Of a stretch of 64,000 nucleotides of DNA, positions 1-12,686 are shown piece after piece; positions within the stretch are counted from its first letter, which is position 1; every line of letters begins with the position of its first letter. A model generated the notes under the pieces. That model did no database searches. It was not told the DNA's origin and was given only the letters and a program-made list of their open reading frames with translations. Both the position numbers and the translations under genes were made by a program. Source of the DNA: Lingula anatina (lineage: Eukaryota; Animalia; Brachiopoda); assembly GCA_051362555.1 (NCBI GenBank), contig CM120640.1, forward strand, positions 6,820,001 to 6,884,000, read 5' to 3'.

Positions 1-51
1 CAGCTTGCCTTGTAGATTAAAAAAAATATTTATTTATATTTCTCTCTTTAT

Positions 52-83
<32 letters not shown>

Positions 84-256
84 TTTATTTTTTATTTATT
101 TTTTTATTTTTTTATTTATTTATTTTTTTTTTTTGCATTTCAGAAATAGTAGCTATCAGGTATTTTCAGACTTTGCTTTTAAATCCTTTGATGAAAAACT
201 TCCAGTAGATTTGAAGTGAATATTTGTCAAACCATTTTGTTTTAATGTTTTTCCAG

Positions 257-3200
257 TCCAGTTGCCTCCTCAGCCAGACTGGCTTTTCCAGAGGCCACAC
301 TTAACCCTGGACTTTGTGGTGGGAAGTCAAGGGCAAGGAGATGGTGTATGTACTGTAGTTTATTTCTTCAGTTTTTTAATGTCATATAATTGAATAATCT
401 TTTCTAATATATGTGCATATTTGCCTGTTATTCCAATGTGGATTTTGTAATCAGGACATAATTTTCAGCACAATGGCATGGGCTTTGTTTATAGATTGGA
501 ACAGATTTCTCTATTGCTTCCTTATTTTTAGACATTGACCTTGTTATGAGTTTGTATAACTTTTTTTCAGAATGTGGTCAGTTTAGGCACTCTCCCAGCA
601 GCTCTACAAGAGCAAGCTGTCATAGAAGATTTGTTTTTCTGCATGGAGGTTAGTTAAACTTGCTGAAACTTTCTAGCTTGTTTTTATTACCTTTCTTCCC
701 TAGGTTTTGGAAATGTTATTGTTTGGTGAAGAAAAATACTAAGTAAGGTTATGAATACTGTATACTCGTATTTGCAGGGCATTGAAGGCAAATATATCCA
801 TGCTCTTACGCTGAAAGATAGATATGGGCCAAGGGAGTTTACCATTGACCAGAGTTTAGGTGAGTATACATGGTGTAAAGGAGTCAAGACAAATCTTAAA
901 ATGCCCAATACTTTCATTCTAAGGCACAGTTTGTTATCTATACAGGGGCTCAAAATTGAATGTCTGTTTCATCACTTGTCTTGTCATTTACCAGATCCGT
1001 CCTTGAGAGAGTTGGTCCGGCGTATTCTGCCAACATGTTCCAATTACTCCACAGTGATACGATTTGTAGAAGGTAAGGCTTGGCCTCTTTTAAAGCTGAT
1101 GTAGATTGATTACAGACAAAAACTGTTATGTATATTAGACTTATGTAAGCTGGTGTGCTTGATCTCTACTGCTGGTCACTGTAGATCAACATGAATCCCA
1201 AAACTGAAGAAACAAAATTTATGTTTAAAAAAAATTTGACATAGGTGGAAACATCTTGTCTCATAAATAAGATGTCTGATATCTGAAGAAACAATTTGTC
1301 TTACCATTTCTCTTGAAACAGTGAAATACCCATTGCATTGTTGTTTTACTGTTTGTGAATAATAATAATAATAATAATTATAATAATATGCAGCAGCACA
1401 ACTTGCCCATTACAGAGAAATCTGCCTTTGAGTATGGCCTAGTAAATCATGCCCTGAGTGCTGCCATGAAGAATCTCATAAAAGACTACCTGGTCCTGGT
1501 TACACAGCTGGAGCACCAGCACAAACTGGTAGGCAGGGACAATTAGGAGTCAGTTAACATTTTATTAAAGTGACTGTTTTTATATGGAATAAGTGAAGAG
1601 CAAATATATATATAAAAAAGAGTTTGTTATTCTTTTTATAATTTTTCCCACATACTAGAATTTTAAGAAAAAATTATTTATTATAATTTATAATTGTGTT
1701 ATTTGTTGTGGTGCTAAATGAGTCGCCCAATCCAAGCTATCAGGTTTAGTTTAAATGTTTTGTGGCAAAATGTTAGTTTTCAAGGGAATCATTGCAAATC
1801 TTGGGTATAAAAGATGGATTGATACGTGGTATTCATTGAGATCTATATTCATCTTTTAAGGGTGAGCTGACTTTGCAAAAATACTGGTTTTACATTCAAC
1901 CCACCATGAGAACTCTGGAAATCCTTGCCTCTGTGGCAAATGCTGTCAATAAGGTAATTTCAGTGGAGAAAATTGTTTTCCTCATATGATTTTATCTTTT
2001 AAGCTCTTTATCCTTGTATGCTCATACTCTTGTAGCAGTTGATTAATATATTTCAATAATCTCAAATAGCAGGAAAAGAGAGGATGTGTTTTTTCTTCTT
2101 GGGAATGTTTTCCTCCAGTCTGCATCTACTACAAATAATAATTCCATCCTATTTAGATGCATTTATAGCCAAACTGCATTCTAGTACACTACAATCAGCA
2201 AACTGACAAGAAGAGCATATGTAGTGTCAAGATAATTTCTCTTAAATCTCTGAATGATATGCATTTCAGATATTTTCTGCACAGGTAACTTATTGGGTTT
2301 CATAACTGGCAACTCATAAACAGCTTGCATGTTTGGTATACAAAAAAAGTTAACCTAAAAAACATACACATTTGGTGTTGGAAATGAAGGTTTGATGAAC
2401 CCACCCCTATTTTGTGCCATTAACTCTGGTTTGATAATGAAAATAACAATTGTTTGATGTAAAAATGATTTTTATGAACAGACATGGTAAAACAGGTTTG
2501 AAAAAGGAGTTAACAATTACCGTATTCTGTGGCTTTGTTTTTCTGTTTGCATGATGTTTCATTGTTTTTTATTTCTAAAATTTCAAACAGACTGATTGAA
2601 AATGTCAAAAGTGCTCTTTGAGTTTGTAATTTGCAATCCCAGCTTGATAAAAGTGTACAGTGCTTGAAACCAGTAATTTGGTTTTGTTTCAAACAGGATT
2701 GGGAGCCAGATTTGAATTATGTATTCTAAATTTTCAGTGAAATTAGAGAATGTGTATTGAAACAAAGAAAAAAAGGTCTGGTGATATGGGATTGGTGGAA
2801 ATAAAAATGCATTGCACCAGAAATGATTTTTTTTCATCTAAACATTAATTTTTCATCCAGAGTGAAGTATTTTTCACCAAGGCAACCTTGCTGCCCAGTA
2901 TTGCTTAAATTGGACATTTTGACAAATTGTTTTTGCAGCATGGTGGTGGTATTCATTATTTACATTGCTAGAAACATGTGCCAAGATTTAGGTTTCACTT
3001 GCATCATATGCTATCAGATAATCGCATGGTGGTTGTTAGTATAATAATCACATGTTCATTGATCAAATCAGGGTGTTAGGAATTTGTACCTGTCTTTGAG
3101 AATATTGACTGCCTATTCCCCTTTCACATGACAAACTTGTGTTGAAGTGTGAAGTTCTTTTCCAGTATATAAAATATTATCCTTATGTTTACATTTATTC

Positions 3201-6200
3201 ATATTGTCCCTGTTTTGTCGAGAGAAAAATTCTGAAATTATTTTATATTATTAAGATCACAATAACTAGAGCATTGTAATTTTTTTCTTTTGGATGACTG
3301 GTCTTTCTTAAGACTTTATTTCAGTTTGAACACAAGTTACTACAATTAGAAACCTCTTTAATGCTGCTTTCTGAAAGACTTAACTTTTCACCATATTTAT
3401 TTTCCAAGATTTTTGGCTGAATGTTCTGATTTCTATTTCAGGGTGAATGCATTGGAGGTGCTGTGCTCAGTCTGCTACATGAGAAAACTTCCAGTCTTAT
3501 AGGGTAAGACAACCTCATCAAATTTTGCAATTGTAACTTTATCTAAATTCTTTGGGATTGACTTCTGACTTTGGGATTGACTGTACAGTGTACAGGGAAA
3601 GATTCAGCCTCTGTTATGTATTATATCACTCCTAAACATATTAATTTAATTAGATTAATTTAATTAGATTATTAACAGTTTAATGTCAGAGTATAGAAGT
3701 CATGAATCATATCAAGTATAACATTGATATGCGTATACAGAGATGTCAAGGGCCAGGAGCTGTGTCTGTACCTGACCCAGGCAGCATGTGTTCCCTACCT
3801 GGAGATCCTAGAGAAGTGGATTTACAAAGGAATTGTCTGTGATCCATATGCAGAGGTATGAAGCATGTCTTCAGTTCTCAAGCCTGTGTATTATGACTAG
3901 TCATTGTGCTTGTATCGTAATTAATTCTTGGTATTGTAGTTTTTAAATAAATAAATATTTATTTTGTATTTATACATTCTGTTGCCTCTCGTCTCTCTGT
4001 CATTCTTTAATATACCCTCATTAAGTGTCTCTCTCCTTGCTAATATTTACAACCCCAGGAAATTTATAGTTATTAGCAACCAACTCTGGTCATATCTTAA
4101 AATTGTTGTCATTTTTGTTGGTCTAAGAATTTTATACCTTGGGTATGAGAAGGAACCACTTTTTAATTTTTTTTTTTTTTTTCAGTTTCTTGTTGAGGAG
4201 AATGAGACAATGTCCAAGGAAAAATTGCAAGAGGATTTTAACGATGCATATCCTTTGCTTAAGTCTGTTGAAAAAAATATGATGGGTAATGTCATTGATT
4301 AAAAAGATGAAGTATTTGGTTGAATCGATAAGTTAACTTTGAATAGTTCATTTCCTCTTCACTAACCATTGTAAGAAAGTGTGTAATTTTTTACTCTCCG
4401 AGCATTGACCTTAATGGTGAGAACATATTGGGACCAGCACTATTCAATACGCCGAGAAAGAATTCCTGTGTTTCTGGAACAAGTAGCTGATAAAATCCTC
4501 AACACAGGAAAATACTTAAATGTTGTTCGTCTTTGTGGTAGGTATTGCTTTTGAAAGATGATGTTGAAGAGTAGCAACTTTCTGTTGACCATGTTTAGAA
4601 CAAAAATGAGAGAGTGAGAGAGAGAGAGAGCAAAGCGACCTAAATAGCAAGTTAAAAGATCACACATGTAAACGTATAGACTACAACATATCCATAATAC
4701 ATTTAAGATTTGTTCCATTCTGAAGAGAAAAGTACCCATTGAGCAGTCAGTCCAACTATTTATTGTTGACGTACATCGGATCAGATATTCACATTAACAA
4801 ACTTTCAACCGGGACAAAAATAACTTTGTATGGGTATGTAACATGATATGAGAACATGATACAATATGTTATGCCCATTGAATAATTCTAATTTATTGCC
4901 ATTGCAAATCTGGTGAGGTATTGAAACCCTCAACTGCTGAATCACAAAAAATGTGGGCATGCAATGTTAGCTTGGATCACCTGTTACAAGTGCTGGCATT
5001 CATTTTATTCTAAGGCTAGGGATGACTTTGCATTGACTTTATAAAATGCAAATTGTTGCATGTGTTGTAATGATTTGGAAAGGGCCAGGTGTACATTGGC
5101 TGGCAACCTTGTTAATCTGTCTTTATTAAGTTTCACAGCAGGCTTTTGACCTGAAAGAAGCATTAGCTGACAGTTTGAGTTAAGAGATGAAGTAACAAAA
5201 TAATGACCTGAGAACAGCTTCCACTTGGATCTCTTACAAGAAAATATCTAAATATCACCACCCAGTGCCAGTTATTGAAAATGATTACATTAACAATAGT
5301 CAAATGAAACACTTTTTAAACTTCTCTAGAGACATTTATTAAAAATTTAAGAAACCTGAAAGAAATACAAAAAGTATTAGTGCACTAAGTTTTCACGAGC
5401 ATAAGTGTTCATGTAAATGTGCTTATATGCACAGACACTTTCAACAGCTCTTCATATAATTTTATTACACATTTTAAATATTTATATCAATTTCAGGCAG
5501 GGATGTAAAGTGCCCCAATGCTGAGGAGATAGTGTATACCATAAAGGAGCGTCAGTATGTGGAACATATTGAGAGAGCTTATGCCTTTGCCAGTAAAGTG
5601 TTACTGGAGTTGCTGATGGAAGAAAAGGAGCTCATGGGAAGGTTGAGGTAGGTTTTTTTTATTATTATTAGTTTATTGTAGATACTATAGGTAAATCAGA
5701 ACATTGTTCCAGATGATGATGTCATTCATTAAGTTTGATAATGATTTTATTATTGTGATTCAGTAGTCATGATGGTATGATATAATAACCATAACATTTA
5801 GCATTTCTTTACACCATTAAACAATTTATTTAAAAAAACAGTTATTAATCATGTTAATTAAGCATGAGGTATGCTGAATCTTAATTTCTTACCAGATTGT
5901 TAGACTTCTGTATAATTTTCTACACTCTGTGATGCCCTTATACTATATTTATACCCAGGTCATTGAAGCACTATTTCCTGCTGGACCAGGGAGACTTCAT
6001 TGGTCAGCTGATGGACATGACAGAGGAGGAGCTTAAGAAAACCATTGATGAGATCATGCCTGGACGTCTGGAGACCCTGCTAGAGTTGGCTCTACGGACC
6101 AGCACTGCCAATGCAGACCCATATAAAGATGACCTCCGTGTGGACTTGCTGCCTTATGATCTCATTACACAGATGTTCAAGATTTTGACCATCGATACCA

Positions 6201-9200
6201 AATTAGAAAAAGGTTTGTGTCTCTAGCCTGTTTTTATGGATTAAAAACAAAGCATGAAGTTTAGATAAAAAGTGGGTTTAACCATTTATATGTTAATAGA
6301 TCATAAGTATCATAATTTTTTAATGACAAAGAGTCATAAAAGTTTTAAAACAATATTTGTAGTTCCTGGCTTGTTTATGAAATCCTGTTTCTGGAAGTAG
6401 CATAGTTTGCACGGCCACTCCAATATAAAGTGTGGACATTGTTCTCTCTGTCTCTCTTCCAGACTACAGAGTGGATCCAGTGGACCTCAGGCTGTCTGGC
6501 CTGGAGGCATTCTCCTTTGACTACATGGTCAAGTGGCCGGTCACCTTGGTACTGAACAGAAAGGTAAACCCATCCTGTGTTACACATATGAAATGTATTT
6601 GTAACAGTCAGACAATTGGTTTGTCCATTGAGCTGTGAAGTAATTTCACAGTACCTGGTTTATAATATTGAAAAGTATTTATAAGTTTGAGAAATGCTGT
6701 AGTTACTTATAGGAATAAATGTTTTTTACTATTTAGTGCTTTTTGGCAACAAAGCGAATTTGTGCAGATGGAAAAATATATCATTATTTTTTTGTAATCC
6801 AGAGCCTCACTAGATACCAGATGCTGTTTAGACACTTGTTTTACTGCAAACATGTAGAAAGACAACTATGCAAGTAAGAAAAAAGGATAGCACCATCTGC
6901 TCTCATTTGCTACTTTTTGAGAGACTCATCCTATGATACTAATTTATAAAACAACATTGGTTAATTTTGTAATTTTTTGCATTCTTTATACCCAAGATTA
7001 CTTGAACATTCTTAAAAAAAATAAGTTAACCAGTTCATCCATGTCATTTAAGTAACGTTATAAGTTCCAGAATTTTATTGCTATCTCATCTGATTTAATT
7101 CTGCTGATTAACTGAAAGCATTCACTCATTCTAAAAAAATCTTTGACTATAGAGCTAAAATATCATAATTGCAAACATTTCTTTGGTTTCATTCATCAGT
7201 TCAACATACCATGTTTCAGTGTGTGGGTGAGCAATAAGGCTGCCAAGATGTTCACTCTCCAAAGCACAAGGTGGTATGCCGCTGCCTTTGCTCTCAGACA
7301 ACGGATGCTGAACTTTGTCCAGAACTTCATGTACTATATGATGTTTGAGGTGGTGGAGCCCAACTGGCATGACTTTGAGCAGAACATGAATGATGTAAGC
7401 ACTGTAGTCTGTGGGAAGTATTATCATGTGAAACCAAGTCAAATATGGTACATAATAAGTGTTGGTTTGTAAAATGTGCATTTACTTAAACAAGTTGTAA
7501 TAATTGATGATGCAATGCAATGTATTTATTGAGTAAATGCAGAAGGTTACTTTCCAAGCATATCAGTTATACAGGAAATATCATATGGGTGGAAGTTTTC
7601 AGGATTATGCCTGATTTCAGAATTTTAAGTTTCCATTTGATGTTTCTTTTTTCTTTACTATGGTCGGAGAGTGATGAGAAATTGCAAGCTATGTTTTCAG
7701 GATTATCAGTTTTTACAAGTTTCATTCATGCTTCCAGGTGACGACTATAGATGATGTCCTGGCATTTCACAATGATTTCCTCAACAGTTGCCTCAATGAC
7801 TGCATGCTCACCAACCCAGACCTACTGAAGATTGTACATAAACTGATGATGGTCTGTGTTACATACTGTAACTTCATGCAGGTATGTCCCTGTGGTCTGT
7901 AAAATGTCATTTTATTAAATTATATTAAAGTTTGCATTTTTATATTATATTTTGTATTGATTATTATTGTCATCAGGTGAAAGAATTCCAAATATATCAA
8001 GAAGAAATTCGAACTTTGTATTTTAGTTTAAAGGTATTTTCCATATGTTTTCACACACATTATTATTTTGTGCTCATGTATGAAAGAAAGTTCACTACAA
8101 AAAAAGAAATAGGTGCAGTGCAGTTTGACCAGAGAGGATGTAGTTGTCCCCGTGCTTATATTGACTTCTTGTGTACTGTTCTGATAGAGAGTAACTAAAA
8201 CAACTGATGTAGACCTAGAGATGTCTAAGTTGAACTTTGAGAGCACCCTGCAGGCAGCACCCACAGCCAAACAGAGGAAACAGGAACCAAGTTTTAAGAA
8301 AACAACTGCAAAAGTAAGAGACCATGGCTATAATTGTGAAAATTTAAGTTTGAAGTTGTGATGAGTTTGAGGGTTCTATGAAGTATGGGCATTTGATCAT
8401 ATATAATGAAAGTTTGGGTGTAAAAAGGGCAGTACTTCTGTGAAATATAAACATTTGATAATTCAAAGATATTTTAGACTTTTATCGCTATAGTTCTATG
8501 TTAATATTTCTAGGTTGTCTCTGAGCATGTAGACCAGTTAACTTCAAGTGAGAACTTTGAGAGAACAATTTCTAAGTTTGACAGTAATTTTTCCAAGCTT
8601 CTTGTGGAACTGCTGGACAAAACTATGGACTACAGCACAGCAAACTGTGAACACAAACTTATGAATATTTTGTACAGGTTAGTTTATGTTGCTTATTGTC
8701 AAGGGCAAAAGCTATATGTAACATAATTCTACCGGTTTGTACTTTCTCAATTCAGTGACATTTTTGCTTAGCAAGAAGGATGTCTACATTCCCACTGAAG
8801 GTTACATACTTCTAGGTCCAGTGCCTTCATGTAGAGAAGTTTTTTATTCATTTATGTTGCTTAGCATGATGTGATAGTGAAAAAATAAGTAACCTTTGCT
8901 TTTTGTGCTTGACTTAATTCCACTGACAATAGAAAATTGCCCTACAATCTGTATGACTTAGATGTTCCAATAATTTTCTTTACCAGGTTGGATTTTAATG
9001 GTTTTTATACAGAGCAGCTTGAGGCAGTTGCACAAGAAAGGTCCATGATAGAAGCTGCACCACCAGAGTCTGAACCTGGTGAGTTTTAGGCTTCAGAACA
9101 AAACTTTTATCAATTGCCCAATCTACATGTATCTGTGGTGGTGTTTTGCTCAATTTGATTGGCGACATTTCCTTTCCCTTTTCTCACCAACATCTTGTAT

Positions 9201-9559
9201 TGTGGTGAACTTAACCCCGCTGGCTGTTAAGATATGTAGAGAATATATTTTCATTGCACTTGTGTGCAATTCAGTCGTCATTCTATTTCCTGTATTTACC
9301 CAGCTCTTATGTTTATCACCTGTTTATCTTTGATGATTTAATTGCTAAATCTATAGTCCATACATCATTGCATTTTCTCACCAACATTTTGTATTGTAGT
9401 TTGGTTGATCATAAAAGCTGTTAAGATAATGGAATTGAATAATTGAATGCTATGTATTTACATTGCTTTTGAAAGATATTAAGCTATCCTGTTTTCTCTA
9501 TTTCAGGCAGCTCTCATAGTCGGCCCAGGTCTGGCAGAAGCACAGCAAGCAGCACATGA
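257..9559 (+). CDS. TUBGCP2: Gamma-tubulin complex component 2 (GCP2/Spc97 family); 5' exons lie before the window
   Basis: Phase-consistent exons: 257-345, 571-648, 778-859, 995-1072, 1416-1528, 1861-1953, 3442-3503, 3741-3855, 4186-4247, 4425-4537, 5497-5647, 5959-6212, 6463-6563, 6803-6873, 7220-7394, 7738-7881, 8188-8313, 8514-8677, 8987-9078, 9507-9559 (TGA). Peptides such as EKSAFEYGLVNHAL, LQKYWFYIQP, KILNTGKYLNVVR, HYFLLDQGDF, LSGLEAFSFDY, LRQRMLNFVQN and RLDFNGFY match GCP2 as I recall it. Confidence 0.96.
4248..4424 (+). other. U12-type (minor spliceosome) AT-AC intron in TUBGCP2
   Basis: 5' end ATATCCTTTG, branch-point-like TGACCTTAAT at 4406-4415, 3' end ...GAGAAC. Removing it gives the in-frame junction QEDFNDA|YWDQHY, matching GCP2 QEDYNDKYWDQRY. 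Confidence 0.95.
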
Positions 9560-9743
9560 TGGTCATCTATAAGGAGTTTATATATTGTGGGCTCTAAATT
9601 ATATTCAGACATTATAAGCATGGAAACTGTAATGCTTCACCTGTTGGTAGCAGCCGCAGTTTCTGTACATCCTGCTTAGTCATGTTTAATGCCACACAAC
9701 GCACCAGGTCCAGCTTTCAACGCTTAAAGCTGGCATTAAGTGA

Positions 9744-9749
9744 AATAAA
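9744..9749 (+). terminator. Probable polyadenylation signal of TUBGCP2
   Basis: AATAAA about 185 nt after the stop codon, followed by T-rich sequence. Confidence 0.5.
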
Positions 9750-10899
9750 GATCTCAAGGCAACACTTTTCTTTGGATCTCTTCAGTTATTTTAATTGAAG
9801 TTTGATAGTTGAACATTTAATACATCTCATGATTCAGCAAATTTAAATTATCAGAAAGGTATCTAACGAACACAAGTATTTTGATCAAAAAGAATAATTT
9901 TATTCTCCCACAACGCTGCCTTTGTTACTATTTTTAAAAGCGATTCTTTACCCCAGTGCGTTTTTCTTTTCTTTTTATCTGATCTTTCAAATAAATTACG
10001 TTACAGTTTGGTGTCGTTGTCTGTTCAATAAATGGAAGTACGATCGTTTTACTAGCATGCTGACAATAGACCAGTTCGTCTCTGTTGATATTAACCGGTA
10101 CCCAGTAATCCGAGTAGAGCTAAAAATGAATTGGCTTTTCATGTACAGTGCACCTAATCCTAATGGAGCGACAAGTGATGCATTTGGAATTGGGATCGAG
10201 TTTTCCTATTTGTGGTTATTGACACCGCTTACGAATTAGGTTCTTTCCATTAATATTGGTTTGTCTGGTTATAAATTGCCAAGAAGTCTCGTCACAAATT
10301 TCAAGAAATTTTCGGGTCTTTTAATACCAATTTCTGCTTTCAGAAATTACCATTGTCTTTGTAGGATATTTGCGTTCTTGGGGCCTTCTCTCATTAGCTT
10401 TTTACACATTGAACTTTTTCATGATCTACATGTAGCCACTGAACGAGGAACCCGTTCTGTCGGCGTAACAAGGGTCTTTTCTGTTTATTGTCAAATATAA
10501 TGTTCACTAGGGTCATATGCCACCTGAAAACGATTAATGACCCTTACTAGAAGGATTGATATTGGATGCAGTCTAGTATTTTGGTCCCGTGCCCTTGGAA
10601 CAGAACAGGACTTTTACAGATTGATGAGATCTGCAGATCAAAAATGAGCACTAAAATGACGATATCGCATTATCATTTGAACGGTTTCTGAATCCCCCTC
10701 AAAGGGTTTTTCGGATGTAGTGCAATCCAGTCCTCGTGGTTTAGAAATGAACTTTGTAAAGAAAATTTACAGTAAGGAAAATAGTACGTACAGTGTATGG
10801 TTTGTATTGATAGGCAAGACAGTTTCTTTTTTAAATAAAGTCGATTTTCTTCATTATACACTTCTTGTATAATTTGGATCTTTGCGATTTAAGATTTGT

Positions 10900-11201
10900 G
10901 GGCTCATTCCCAATAAAACTGTTCTTCTACATAGAACGATCTAACTCCGAGGAGACTCGCTGAATGGAATCAGATTAACAGATCAACACGGCTCGGATTA
11001 ACAGCTCAACACAGCTCGGATTAACAGATCAACACGCCGCCTCCTGAGTTTGAGTGTAAAATACAAAAAAAAAAAATACTGGTGATTATACGTGTCCATT
11101 GGAAATTACAGGAGGCGTGTTAATCTGGTTGCATTCAGCGAGAGTCGGAGCGGAGTTTTAATCGATCTACGTAGAGCGATGGTTTCATTGGGAATGGGCC
11201 G
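10900..11201. mobile_element. Palindromic MITE (PIF/Harbinger-like GGGC terminus)
   Basis: Ends GGGCTCATTCCCAAT...ATTGGGAATGGGCCG with long imperfect inverted arms. Related sequence sits in intron 4 of the aquaporin copies (~13800-13895, ~24860-25099, partial in C). Confidence 0.7.
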
Positions 11202-12686
11202 TATAATCAATTTTTATCACACTGTTTTACATGACTCCTTTCTTCTAGGGATAGATTGTAAAGGTCAGTGTCGCCTTTAAAGTCTTGTCATGTATCTGTA
11301 ATGTAGTCTTGGTCAGAGTGATTTATGTCAGTAAAATACTTCAAAAGGTGAGAAAGATAAATGGCTCTTGCGTATGAAATAAGGTCTGTAGGGCAAATGG
11401 GCACCATTTTTTTTATTTGAGCTTGATAGTATCGTCGTTACATATTAAATGCACGCTATCCACGTGACTCCAAATGAATAATGACTTACAAAACATTCTA
11501 ACCATTTTATTAAACAAATTATGATGGTGCTTTTGTGAATATTTCAACATTTTGAAGTTATATTAGCAACGGTCACTTCATGATGATTCAATAAAAACTG
11601 AAGAATGATTTTAAAATGAAAATTTGAAGTGTGCAGAATCTGGGGCGTCATAATACTTGACACTGTCTCTTGCGAGCGTTTATCATCACCATGTCGGCCA
11701 ATGTTGAAATCGGTAGAGGTGTAATGGTTGTTATAGAGGACTTTACAAGAATACGGCGCTTTTTGTGACCTACAAGAAGTAGTATAAAAACATTGTTTAA
11801 ATGTACTCGATCATTATCATTTTAGCCGCGATATTGTTGCTTTCTTTTCAATTATGTAAAATAACGCACTTGCCGAAGAAAGGTGTAGAATAAAATGGAT
11901 TTTCAATATTCATTTTATTAATATACTGAGAAATAAGCAGGACCTCCTACTTCCACCTCTCAACACCAACAAAAATATTTGGATGATATATTTGCTGATT
12001 TTCCTTAAAAAATATACAGTCGTGGTATTGTATTATAACCGGTCAACATGTTTTCAGGACAAATTGACAGTTGTAGTTGATGTTCCAGCGACAGTCAAAA
12101 TAAATCAAAATGAATACTTCTCTCCAATTAATACGTCAACATAATATATACATCAATTAATATTTCAAATTATTAAATAATGCAAAAATTAATCTTGTTA
12201 ATTATAAATATATTTTGTATAAAAATAATTTGAATAAGGCAAGTTGAATGAATTCTTTATAAAAAAATCCTGACCATGTGTAAAATAGTACAAAAAAAGA
12301 ACAAACAATATGACTTACTTGAATAATGAATAGTTTTCATTTATATAAACAACAAGCAGTGCCCACCGGTGTAAGTTACTTATTAATAAAATAAGTAACT
12401 TACCATACTTGGTGTAAACTCCGTAGGGTTATACTATGGTTTTATCACCCTTAAATGTAACATTCAATCACGGTGGATTAAATTAATTATTTGCTTACTC
12501 TAATATAGAGTATAATCAAGATAGTCTTAAACATTGAGAAAGTTGTATTTTGTCTGTTCCTCGAAGATATATTACAAGTAAGTACAAGGATACCGGTGAT
12601 TTTAAACCGAGTTGGTGACTCGGCGTTTGGTCATGTTTCTTGTTGGACAGTTGAAGCTACTCTGACAGTTCAGGCGGTTCACCGGG

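Noticed and set aside
5-208. Hydrophobic ORF resembling a membrane peptide
   Set aside because: Translation of an intronic (TTTA)n tract.
9181-9430. Short imperfect duplication in the last TUBGCP2 intron
   Set aside because: Ordinary local intronic duplication with no structural or coding signal.
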